Source of the DNA: Bugula neritina
Lineage: Eukaryota; Animalia; Bryozoa
DNA length: 64,000 nt
NCBI GenBank assembly: GCA_964035545.1
Contig: OZ037765.1
Location: 20,460,995-20,524,994, forward strand
Direction of reading: 5' to 3'
Numbering within the stretch: the stretch's first letter is position 1; each line of letters starts with the position of its first letter. Both the position numbers and the translations under genes were made by a program. The notes beneath the pieces were generated by a model that made no database searches, was not told the DNA's origin, and was given only the letters and a program-made list of their open reading frames with translations. Shown in pieces: positions 53,301 to 64,000 of this stretch.

Positions 53301-56300
53301 ACTTAACTGCGGTTTATTAAAAATTAACAAAATTTATGCTGGTGTCCTTTAAAATATATAAATGCGTAATAGTTTAAATGTGGTCAAGAGAAGAAACTTT
53401 AACAATACAAGTATACATTTCCCTAAGACCTAAGTAGAAAGAGGATAATAAGTGAGGTTTGCATTTTTCTTTATATAACTTTTATAAAATGGTACGTAAA
53501 ATAAACAAAAGCATTATTGAACTTTTATGTCTGTTACTAGTGAATATCAAATTTAATATCATTTAATATCAAATGATACAATTTATTACCAGCCAACACC
53601 TGGAAGTTTTATGGCCTCTTTTAAAAGTTACTTATTTTTGAAGAATATAAATATTATTAGTACCTTCCATCCATCTTCACAGAAACATGAATATTTATTA
53701 ATTCCATCTTGACAAAGCCCATTAACACAAGGTGAGGTTGAGCATTCATTGATATCTGATTCACAATATGTTCCCTCATATCCATCAACACAGGAACATG
53801 CAACCTATATTGCATCAACGGCACATGTTTAGACATCAATGTTATGTACGGTGTCAATTAGAAGACATATTAAATGGGTTGTACAAAGTCCTATAGTTAA
53901 CAAGCACAGTGAGCAAACAAGAACATCCAATTGCATTACACCAAGCAGTAGTTAGAAATAAACAATATTTGAGATGAGCAAAATATATAATTATTTAAAC
54001 AACAAATCTCATTGTGTGATTTTTAAAATAATGCAAAATTTAATAAATCAAAGTTTAAATTTACAACAGTTATTTTTATTATAATATTATATTATAATAT
54101 AGTTACAAACAATAACTATATTTAAATTGGAACGTCACTAGTAATTCAACGAAATGATGCACGTGTTACAAACAAAGCTTGGCTACCAACCTGATCACTT
54201 TCTGAAGTGTTGCATACACCACCATTTTGGCAAGGTTCATCATCACATGTTGCTAGCTGTTCACAAGTCAGTCCGACTCGGCCCAGAGCACACTCACACT
54301 CGTAAGAGTTTGGTAGATTAGTGCATATAGAACTTGGATGACAGGGACTGCTAGCACATTCATCGATATCCAACTCACAGAATTCACCTGCAATATATCA
54401 ACAGCCCAACCTAGTTGCATTATATGGCTTAAATTTTAATAGCCCAAGTGTTTTAATTGTCTTTATGGATTTTGATTTGAGACAGTCGTTGTTTGGAATC
54501 CCAAAGCCCCTGTAGCGTAATTGGTTAGCGCGCCTGCTTGCAAGCCGGAGGTCTGCGGTTCGAATCCCGGTGGGGGCAATTATTTTACAACAGTGTTGAA
54601 ATTTGTATGAGAACATAAATAATTGTGCAATATCTTTCATCTGGAAAATAGAAGCTTTTTAAGTTCACCAATCTCGCACCAACCTCCCTCAACTTGTTGA
54701 TGTCAATCACAAAACTCAGCTACATCTGAAGTTCTAAATTAAATTTTTCAGAGGCGAAGGGGGGTTCACCCATCTAACCTTTAGAAGATTTTATCAAATG
54801 GGTAATATTCTCACAAAGCTACGTTAGGTGAGTGTTGTAGGTGAACCCAAAATTAACTCCATGATGCCCACGAGCAAGTTGAATAGAATTGTGGAAGTTT
54901 TTAAACATTTAAATGTGAAGAACACATAAAACAATTACCACGGAATATAAATTGGGCAATGCTATTATGATGGTGGGATACTAATTGACATACAATTATG
55001 TTAAACGGAGTACTCTAATAAATAAAATGAGAAACATTGCAAAATTTAAATGTGCAGCTATATGAATACCATTTTGACAGCATTTAATAAAACATGTTAT
55101 ATTATATGCTTAGTTTTAATTAGCAATAATTACCTGTATACCCATCAACACATTGGCACTTAAATTCTTTAATTAGATCTATGCATGTTCCACTGTTTTG
55201 ACAAAAGACATCAATGCATTCATCAATTTCGATGTTGCACCTGTCTCCAATGTAGCCTGTGTTACTACAGTTACAAGTATAGGTGTAGTCCGAGTGCCAG
55301 TCATCTGAGGTTATGCAGGTTGAGTTATTTTCACACAGGTTCTGTGTACACGGACTCAAAAGTTGGCAAGTGTCGTTAGTGTAGTGTCTTTCATCATCAG
55401 GGCAAACACACTGCAGAATCATATCAACTATGTTCAAGGATAATCAACAGTAAGAATAGTATAATATTTAAAACCATTAAAATATATATTAGAAATTTAT
55501 TTGATTTTAATCATTTTTATCTAACAGCTCCTTTTATTTTAAAGCTCAAAATAGAAAAGTATAACTTATTCATGATTCTCCTGTATTTAATCCAAAAAGC
55601 TGGTCCAAAGCTAAGCATACAAGTAGGTGGTAGGTGCCAGTGCTGAACCATGAAATAATTGGAATTTCAAACACAGATACGATTGGAACTTGCAGGTAAG
55701 AGTTATGCAACTTAAATTAATAATTAGCACAAGTGCTTGGTGACTTGAGTACTTAAAATGCTTTGATTTTGCTAGTCCATTAACTTGACTTGCTCCATTA
55801 ATTAACTCTTGGTTTATCCTTAAATTTGACTACTGTAAGCCTTTACAATTTCATAAAGTCTATGTTCAAAATTACAGGAATGTAGATATTAAAAATTAAA
55901 TTACCTGTGCATCTTTTCATATTTTACTTCTAATCAGCATAATTTACCTGGAAGGCATTGGGTAAATCTTGGCAGACTCCATTAGCACAAGGGGAAGACG
56001 AACATTCATTCACGTCTGTTGAGCAGTTTAGCCCGGTGTACCCAGAAGCACACTGGCATGTAAAGCTGTCTATTCCATCGACACAACTCCCTCCATTCAA
56101 ACATGGCAAAGTTATGCAATCGTCATAATTTATTTCACAGCTACTTCCTGTAAAACCTGAAATATAAATTCAGTTATAAATTCGCTTAAAAGTAAAAACA
56201 TTTCAAATAAGATGGTAAACAACTCGGGACAATTGCATTTAAATTCAATGACAGTAAAAATACCTACGTTTGTGCATACAAAAAAGCGATGTATGTATTA

Positions 56301-58332
56301 ATAGGCTTGCATTAAATTAATAGTTCAATTTACACATTGCTGACTTTGGCATTTTTTTTACAGATATTACTTAAAAACATTAGAAAATACCCACCATTAA
56401 TACAAAGGCACTGGAAGGAATTAATTCCATCAACACACACACCGTTGATGCATGGGTTAGTTTCACATTCGTCAATATTTCCCGTGCAATGTTCTCCTTC
56501 AAATCCTGCCCAACACATTATGTAACATAAACCATAGTAGCAAAATTGTCATCATTATACATAATTATGAACTTTTTATAACATTAAAACAAGAGGAATG
56601 ATTATGATCAGGTTTATTATAAGTTTATTCACGCCACATGTGCTTTTATTTCAAAAATAAAAGACGCACATTTATTTACAATCTTGAGCTCTATTGGTAA
56701 AAGTTTGTATGAAAGCTAAGAACTGTGCCTAACAAAAACATAGTGAATAGACTTTTATGCTATGACACAGTATAAATTAAAATCATTCCATGACACCACC
56801 AATAGCCCTACATGGATTCGAGCCTATGACCCTGTTTATACTTGACCACAGCTCTTCAATTTTTAGAACACAGCTGTTACCCCTTTTAATTAAAAAATAT
56901 AACACAAAACATGTAAATATGTATACAACTAAAACAATAATAGCTATAAAGTTACCTGGGAAGCAATCACATTTGTACTCTTGCAGCGTGATACCAACAC
57001 ACGTCCCGTTATTACAATCCGTGTTCTCACAAGATCCGGTGACCAGAGAACAATCAGTACCTTAGAAAATTAGCAACTAATTAATGCATTATACCTCATA
57101 ACTTTTATAACATGCTGTTCGTGAGTATATGCAGCATACGACCAACAACAACACATTAAAATAAGTATTTTATGTAAAAATTGGTCTGCAAATTCGCAAA
57201 GAAAACAGTGCAATCTAAAATGAATACAACTAAAGTATAATCTTATTTGACTACTCAACCCATACAATTATGTTTTATCAGCTTAATATTATATCTAATA
57301 ATTGATGAATATGTAATGCATCATAAAAGGTAAGTGAAGATTTACACAACATTCTAAAACGTAAATATTAAATTCAGGGAGCCACAATACACTTGACATT
57401 TTAGATACGTTTTAGAAAAATATACCTGAATATCCATCCAAGCAGCTGCACTGAAATGCTTCTTGTGACAAGCTAGCTATGACATCAGAGCAGTTCCCGC
57501 CATTAGCACACGGGTTATTAACACAGGCATCAAACTCCTCACAGTGTTCTCCATAATACCCGTACTCGCAATCACACATGAATGTCAACTCATCCAACGT
57601 GTTGATACTGCATGTGCCATGGCCAGAGCAAAAATTAGTCTCACCATCTAAAGCACAGCTGTGATTTTGTACAGTGATATTAACTTTAAGTCCTAATTCA
57701 CAGAAGTTGATGCCATTTATTCCTACTGTTTGTACAATATATGTGCTGCCCACAGAGGTGTTGTCAAACACTAGCAGGTCTACGGGGTTGATAGCAGAAA
57801 CAGAGATCCCAGAGCAAGATTCCCACGTTGATCTGAGCACTACAAAATTCATTATTAAAGCTAAATTACTCAAAACTGTATTCACCATATTCAAGTTTGA
57901 AACAAAAAATAGTTTACTAAAAGACATTGGCAATAGCAATAAAAATACAATGCTGCGTTCAAACAAATAAAGTTTAAAAATAAAAACAAATTTTAAAAAT
58001 GCTAAAAATTGAAACATGAGGTAGCTAACGGCACGACAATAATTCTAACCTATAGCTGGACTAAGTTCATAGAGACTTAGCATTGGAAGAGTCATATTAA
58101 TGGAATCACCAAGCTGTATATATACAGGGCACAATTGAAAGCTGTCACCATATCCTTCTCTACCGAAACACTCCACAGAATTCGTACACACGGCATCTAT
58201 TCTCCAAGGCACTCTGACAACAGTAGGACTGGTAACCCATGTCCTTGTTTCCTCACGCTCAGGACAAGGTACAGCCAGTGCAAAACTAAGTAAACTAGTA
58301 ATTAAGGTTGCTCGATGTAGAGTTACAGGCAT
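32332..58332 (-). CDS. EYS: Protein eyes shut homolog (about 3282 aa, 38 coding exons): signal peptide, EYS N-terminal domain, about 30 EGF repeats, Thr-rich mucin region, 4 laminin-G domains with about 7 EGF repeats
   Basis: Exons (5' to 3'): 58332-58050, 57839-57426, 57060-56956, 56505-56395, 56156-55948, 55410-55134, 54387-54191, 53804-53664, 53069-52844, 52492-52265, 51898-51734, 51300-51135, 50521-50379, 49805-49692, 49037-48833, 47929-47784, 47302-47128, 46614-46448, 45926-45830, 45432-45205, 44705-41731, 41191-41045, 40579-40309, 39854-39625, 39342-39076, 38805-38617, 38330-38058, 37878-37704, 37228-37056, 36616-36353, 36129-36001, 35632-35513, 35356-35232, 34515-34377, 34234-34071, 33533-33388, 32847-32747, 32495-32332. 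All GT-AG and phase-consistent (9849 nt). N-terminal motifs [28 protein letters not shown] and CEEFDAC match vertebrate EYS as I recall it (CPLQIQLGD, CPLGLRLNVTV, FCSGHGKC, CQELDAC). No transmembrane segment, which argues against Notch or Crumbs. Confidence 0.9.
34784..35115 (-). mobile_element. Direct-repeat dimer of the tRNA-like element (copies 35115-35010 and 34881-34784, with a spacer of about 128 bp) in an EYS intron
   Basis: Both copies read TGTAGTGTTGAGT(C/T)TACCCAGCT-GCCCC(C/T)GTGG...GGTT(C/T)GAATCTCG...GGGCA followed by a T-run; period 234 bp. Confidence 0.75.
42440..44520 (-). repeat. Coding 36-bp tandem repeat (12-aa unit [12 protein letters not shown], about 58 units) forming the EYS mucin-like domain
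   Basis: Lies within the 2975-bp exon 44705-41731. A variant unit recurs at 42978, 43554, 44058 and 44238 (spacings 576, 504 and 180 bp, all multiples of 36). Confidence 0.95.
46795..47093. mobile_element. Non-autonomous hAT (Charlie-like) MITE, 299 bp
   Basis: TIRs CAGGACTGTCCAAC / GTTGGACACACCTG (12/14). The 8-bp TSD-like flanks GTCTAGAG / GTCTAAAT fit the NTCTAGAN target preference. Subterminal GGCCC motifs. Confidence 0.8.
49104..49176 (-). tRNA. tRNA-Val-CAC: tRNA-Val (anticodon CAC)
   Basis: GGTTTTGTAGTGTAGTGGTTATCACGTCCGCTTCACACGCGGAAGGTCCTGGGTTCGACCCCCAGCAAAACCA: perfect acceptor (GGTTTTG/CAAAACC), anticodon (TCCGC/GCGGA) and T (CTGGG/CCCAG) stems, with a T7 Pol III terminator 2 nt downstream. 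Confidence 0.96.
50850..50966 (-). mobile_element. tRNA-derived SINE-like remnant (second family; 3' boundary uncertain)
   Basis: Head GAGCAGCCGTGGTCTAAGGGTTAGAGCG has an A-box; the B-box region appears deleted. It is followed by GGTGATGATAGGAAGAGCATCCAG, reminiscent of a conserved SINE core. Confidence 0.45.
51569..51640. repeat. 72-bp near-perfect palindrome (35-bp arms, 2-nt spacer, one mismatch)
   Basis: TGGTATATAGTATTCACTTGCATTTGCTATTTTAT-GG-ATAAAATAGCAAATGCAAGTGAGTACTATATACCA. Confidence 0.92.
54506..54578 (+). pseudogene. tRNA-like element, best-preserved copy (tRNA pseudogene or SINE head; 6-nt anticodon-position loop TTGCAA)
   Basis: Acceptor stem GCCCCTG/TGGGGGC, D stem GCGT/GCGC, B-box GGTTCGAATCC and a TTTT downstream. 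The anticodon stem has a mismatch, the loop is 6 nt and the T stem is imperfect. Confidence 0.7.
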
Positions 58333-59029
58333 TCTTGTAAACTGTTACTCTGTATAGTAGTGATGTAGTTGCGACATAATCAGATTTTCTACAACCATAA
58401 ACAATAGGTGTGAGTAATCAGATATGAAAACGGTACTACAATAAAGATTTTTAAGACATCGACATCTGAGTTTTTACAGAAGTATCTAGTTTAGCAATAC
58501 AATTGATTAACATGGCAAAAATATTGAAATCTTTATTTAAAAATAACATACTAAGCCAGAACAATGTACAAGTTTATAGAAATGTTATTTTGTAAGTTTT
58601 ACAAAACTGAACTGTCAAAACTTGCCATTTCTTAGACATTAGCAATCCATTCTAAATTTGATACCGCAACTAAATACCATGTTAATAAAATGTAGGCCTT
58701 GATGTCCAGTTTTTGTTTAATTTTCAAGTTTAAGAATTGAGTAGATGTAAATAATGACCAACTATTTTGTGAAGCGTTTATGCAACATAACACATAATGA
58801 AAAATTCATATACAAAAAAAGGTCAATTTAATGTAAATCTATTCAATTCAACGTTTAACGTGATTTAAATTTTTGAATTTGACCTCACAATAAATAATTT
58901 TTATTTAAGCTCTTACCTGACAGCGACTAAAAGTAAATAAAGTAAATTAACAGTTGATAATGATTGAATCATCACAAATTAAATATAGTATTTGTTTAGC
59001 TCATCATTTTTACATACTCACAGTAATAG

Positions 59030-60550
59030 TCAAACTCACACTGATATTCATACTCAATAATAAATACTGATTTTAGTCCTCAATCTCATAGTGATACCCA
59101 TACTGATATTGATAGTGACACTCAGTCTCACGCTGATGGAGTGATGGTGGATATAAAAATATTTTATACTATTTAATTTTATACCTTAGTTTCAATAAAA
59201 TTAAACGCAAATAAATAACATCTACAAGTGAAAACTACTTTAAAATACTATTTTTTAATTAAACATTCATAACTATAAGCAAATGGCAGCATCTATCACT
59301 TATTAGTAAAAACTAGACGTTTAGTTTTACCGTTATATAAAGAGTTTAAAACGCCATGTTGTATACATTAACAACAACTTTCTGGAACTTGTACGCTATT
59401 GGCTATCGGTATGCCCCTCGTGCGGTCATTGGTGAAAAGGAAGAACGAACTTAGCTTATTTTCACATTTCTTTTGGATGGGTAATGAAGCCTCACGTAAA
59501 TTCATTAGCATATTAGTACATCGAGGCTGGAACAGTTTTATGCTCCATGAGTTATACGCCAAACCAATGAATTAGAAGACGTCGTTACTGTCGCTAGATT
59601 CAGTTTGACTTAGGCTTGCGCTGGGTCATAGTTATCTTAAACTTAATGTATCCACAGTCATAAAGTTTAACTTGCATCTAATGATATATACATCAACTTT
59701 TTGATCAATTTTATTCTGTATTCACCAACTGTAACTGTAAGCATTATGATTATAAATATAAATTATATTATTTTTTTTGACTGTTGGTTTGAGTTTTAGT
59801 TATTCTTAATCCCATCGTTAATCATAATGATAATGATAGTTTTAATGTTATTATATTTGTTATAGTTATAGTTATATTATCACTATGTCTATTAGTATTA
59901 CTATCAGTATTAGAGTATTACTATTAGTATTAGTATTACTTATACTCTAACAGTTTAACTTATACTTATAGTTTTACTTACACTTACAGTTATACTTAGT
60001 CTTATGACAATCACAATGCCAATAGTAAAACTAAATCAAAATGTATAGGTACTTAAAGTTAGTCTTATTGGTTATGTCTATGACTATGTCTATTGTATTT
60101 GATTATGATTATCATTTGATTCATTATGATTATCATCATCACGATTTATGGTTAGTATTACTATTAGTATTACCGTAGCCGTAAGGCTAGGCCTAGTGTA
60201 ATGATTTAAGTTCAACATAGTCTCGTATCTCATTAAATTTGAAATTAATAGTTCAATTTAATGGGTGTTAGTGATTACTTTGTAAGAGTAAGAGTCAAAT
60301 TAACCTAAACTTCATGCTTAAAGTTGATTGTAATTTGTGCTTGTAGTTATTCATTATAGTTATTGGTATAACTTGAATGAATAACCCTAATTTTTGAGTT
60401 GAAATATTATTATTTGTAATGCAACTATTAGATTACTATTATTAATGCTATTAAAGTATTATTAATAATTGCCTTTAGATTTAAATTGGATCAATAAAAT
60501 TAAATGTGACATCAAATATACTATTAGTATAACTATAAGTATTTATTTTT
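59030..60550. repeat. Degenerate hexamer-periodic (TNANNN)n tracts (59030-59150 and about 59720-60550) flanking a CpG-richer island
   Basis: atactc acagta atagtc aaactc acactg atattc atactc; ttatac ttatag ttttac ttacac ttacag ttatac ttagtc ttatga. Confidence 0.65.
59280..59640. promoter_or_regulatory. Putative (possibly bidirectional) promoter between the divergent EYS and APP-like genes
   Basis: Local CpG/GC enrichment, YY1-like CGCCATGTT at 59352 and CCAAT at about 59564. Both flanking ATG exons are preceded by splice acceptors. Confidence 0.35.
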
Positions 60551-61177
60551 TATTTTTTATTGATTATTTACAACTATCGACATAGCCCTAAATTTAAAGA
60601 CACGGGCAATTGTTCATTAATAATAATGTGAAAAAAGTTTTTTGTAAACAATCATTATGATTATTGACAATTATAATTACAATTCATGTACAGCTCCTTA
60701 TTTTACAATTTAATTGGTCACACAACTGACTGAGTATGCATAAAGGACTTCTACCGCTGACCTCTAGGAAACTAGATACTTACTGATTCTTCCGGGCATG
60801 TGTAACAAAAATATGCTGTAATTATCAAGGGCCTAGGGGGGATGTGCCACCAGTTGCTTATGCAAATTTACGTAATAACCTTTTGAGTATCATTGTTTTT
60901 CTACACAGTAGAATATGTTTTTGCAGTGTGCAATACTTATACAATATTCACTTTAAAGTTAAAACTAGTGGTATTGATATTTATAATCCAATAAACAAAT
61001 GCTAGATGGTAATGGTTGAAGATTTTTGATGATAAAACTAACACTTATACTGCCAAGTTATTGGTTTATATCAGCTGATCTGCACAAATATGTCGTATTG
61101 TTGGAATTGTACTGCCTTCTTGTCTTAATGTCAAACTATTGCTTTTAGGTTTACAAGAAAAAGGGATTCCAGGAATT

Positions 61178-63392
61178 ATGGGTCATCACGCTTTGTCAGT
61201 GTTTTGCATTTTGGCGGGTAATTACTAGTATTTTCTTTGCCTTTTAATCCCTTATAGGTCTATCACATGTCCTAATGTGTTACAACAGGTACACAGGAAA
61301 CTATTGTAAAAGTCTATTTTATTTTCAGTATTTGTTGAGGCTTGTATTGCATACCAATATTTTGCCAAGTAAAAGATTTTTGTGGCTGTTTGATTCTGTC
61401 TGCCCTCTATGTCTGTAGTGTGTGTAAGAAACTAATAGTTTGTGAACTGCTTGTATGCTACAGATGGCACCTGTATTATCATAATATATTGAGTTTATGA
61501 AATGGAAATGCCAACTGAATATATTTATATTGAAATCTAGTTAGTCACACCACAGTGTTAAAAGTCTCATTTCTTGCCAATACTTAGCACTTTTGTGAAA
61601 ATAAATGTCTGACACCCAAGATTTCCAGGTCTACTGTGAATGTAATATATCCTTCACCATTTTCAGTGGCTGTCTTGGGATGTTATTCAAGTTCTTTTCA
61701 ACCATCTGTGGCGTTTGTGTGTGACATGGGAGCTATGCACATGCACGAGGACGGAAAGTGGGTGTCGGACCCTAAAACGGATTGCATAGAAAGTAAGAGC
61801 GAAATCTTGACTTATTGTAAGAAAGTGTATCCAGCTCTTGAAGTCACTAACATTGTGGAGTCGAGTGAATATAAGCATATCAAAGGCTGGTGTAATCTTG
61901 GAAAGAAAACCTGCACTTCAAATGAGGCTTTCACAGTGAGACCATACAGGTTTGTAGCTTAGGAAGCCTACCTGTTTGAATATTAATTAAACTTTGGATA
62001 ATATTTCTAAGAAAATGTCACTGCAACTGTGTTGATGAATACTATTCCGCTGGGAATACAGCTTTATAAGCTCTATGGACTGTTTTCTTACTGTTTCTTT
62101 GTTCTTAAGCTAACATTGTTGATAAATCATAGATAAATAGGACAATGAACATAGATACTTGAGTAGACCATATTATAAATCAAACTTGTGTGACGCATAG
62201 ATTCTATTGGTTAGTTTAGGAAGGCTGTTGGGTTGGCAACACAACATATTACTGTTTTATGGGGATGAGCAGTTTACTCATTCCAATACGTTGACTCACG
62301 GCTTCCCATTTCAAGAAGATGAATGGCATTTACTTATCCAAGAATATTCCTGAAGTTATTATTGAGTTCTTTTATCCTTGAGCTTGTTTCTGTAGATGTC
62401 TGACTGGACCTTTCCAAAGTGATGCTTTAATTGTTCCAAAAAAGTGTGAGTTTGATCATGTTCACCAGCCAAAGCAGTGTCACGGATTTGCTTGGTGGAA
62501 GGATGTGGCCTTCAAGGCGTGTCAAGGACTGAAGCACATGAAGGTCGAGAGCTACGCTATGCTTCTACCATGCGGCACAGATTTGTTTACTGGAGTGGAA
62601 TACGTTTGCTGTCCGGGTAAACATTTGTTCTTCACCTTTGTTGCTTCATTCACCAGTACATGGTGAAACATTGAATGTACTGGCCAATTAATTGTGGAAG
62701 CAAGAAAATGTTTCTCAATTCAACTATATAATTTCCTTTTTTTAACATAGATGCTCGTAAGACCAGTTTGAAACTAGTCATAAAATGTCATAATGCAAGT
62801 ATCATAGCAAGTCAGATAAGTTTGAATGGTATAAAACTGTTGCCAAGTTTTATTCTTGCTTGGACCCAGTATAAATAACATTAGCTTGTCAGTTTTTGAA
62901 TATTACATTTTTCTCAAAAACAAATTAATAAACTGATAATTAATAATTTTTAATCTATCAGCAGCCTACCATCTGCAATCTCACAGCATCCTGTTGACTA
63001 TGGTGCAATGCATTATATATTAAAATTTTTAGCATATGTTATAGACATTGCCATGGCAACTAAGCATTCTTTTATGTTAATTTTGTTTTTAGTTTCAACG
63101 GTTTGGCTCTACAGGCTTCACTACCTAAATAAGTGCTTCCAATTTATCTGGTGAATCATAATATCTTTTGTTTGCAGATTCTAATGCAACTGCTTCTACC
63201 GATATTGATGCCAATGAATCAACAACGAGCAGTGTCAAGGTCGTACCATCAGTGAATGTTGCCGGTGGACTTAAGGATTCCGTTAACAAGTATCTCAATA
63301 TGAAGCAATCTTCTTACAAGAACACTGAGCACTTGGCCTATGAAGCTGCTAAGAGTGAGCTAGTAAAAGAGGACCGTGAGAAAGCTGGCAAG
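61178..63392 (+). CDS. APP: Amyloid-beta precursor protein-like (APP/APPL family), 5' partial: signal peptide, E1 (growth-factor-like plus copper-binding domains), start of E2
   Basis: Exons 61178-61217, 61667-61949, 62396-62616, 63178-63392; the gene continues beyond the window. Motifs GKWVSDP, EILTYCKKVYPALEVTNIVES, VRPYRCLTGPFQSDALIVPKKCEFDH, YAMLLPCGTDLFTGVEYVCCP, EHLAYEAAK. Confidence 0.93.
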
Positions 63393-64000
63393 GTAAAAGG
63401 GTATACGTTCTCCTCTGCCCTCCTGCCCCCCTGCCCCCCTGCCCCCCCCCCCCTCCTTGCACACTTGGCCAGTAAATCAGTTGCAGCAGATATTTATAAT
63501 GCCATCTCAGTTAAAGGTTATTTGGTTAACAATTATCATCTAGTTATACCTAAAACGCAGTTACAACTTCCCAACATTACTTGGTTCAAGGTTGTTCCTT
63601 TTCGTCAATCTTTTTGGAAGCTGGGAAACAGCTGTGTTGCATTTGGCCAGTATTTAATACTTTAAAGTGATCAGGGTAAGAACTTGTAAGCTGAAAATAT
63701 TTTGCTTTGAGAGGTTTAAAATTTCCTAATCTAAGATAATTAACTGCAATACCTGGTATTAGATGCAGTTTGCTGGCTCTTAACAGCTAATGCCTATTAG
63801 ACTATGATTCTCACCATAAGGTTTTTTGGAGAAGCCTCTGGCTTTGCCAACCCGTACACATGTCTACCTCCGCACTGGCACTGCCGCTGATAGAGATGGG
63901 ATGTTGAGCCAAAGTTTCCAGAGTTGATGTGTGGTGTTTTGTTCTGTGAGAAAATTTAATGAAAGTTGGTTGATTCACAAATTTCTTTTTCACCGAGTTT

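Noticed and set aside
56804-56853. Short minus-strand segment with A-box-like and GGCTCGAATCC B-box-like motifs
   Set aside because: Too short and degenerate for a tRNA; at most a SINE fragment, and not assignable.
61329-61368. Short AG/GT-bounded open segment in the first APP coding intron
   Set aside because: Its exit phase (2) is incompatible with the next exon (phase 1); direct splicing of 61217 to 61667 gives a normal signal peptide.

Overview
AT-rich, intron-containing animal genomic DNA. Gene content and compact introns suggest a protostome invertebrate, probably a lophotrochozoan (inference only). I reconstructed gene models by hand from GT-AG sites, with reading phase consistent at every junction. 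In order: two tandem two-finger GATA4/5/6-class transcription factor genes (+, 1448-10597 and 13161-20116); MRTO4/Mrt4 (+, 23597-27560) convergent with a zeta-type 14-3-3 gene (-, 28178-30481); a complete 38-exon Eyes shut (EYS) orthologue (-, 32332-58332, about 3282 aa) with a 2975-bp exon carrying a 36-bp Thr-rich mucin array; and the 5' part of an amyloid precursor protein (APP)-like gene (+, from 61178), head-to-head with EYS. Non-coding features are an intact intronic tRNA-Val(CAC), four copies of a tailless tRNA-like repeat (two forming a direct-repeat dimer), a hAT-type MITE, a SINE-like remnant, a 72-bp near-perfect palindrome, microsatellites and degenerate hexamer-periodic tracts near gene 5' ends. 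There are no prokaryotic features such as CRISPR arrays or operons. The best candidates for something undescribed are the tRNA-like repeat family and the hexamer tracts; both are hypotheses that need genome-wide checks.
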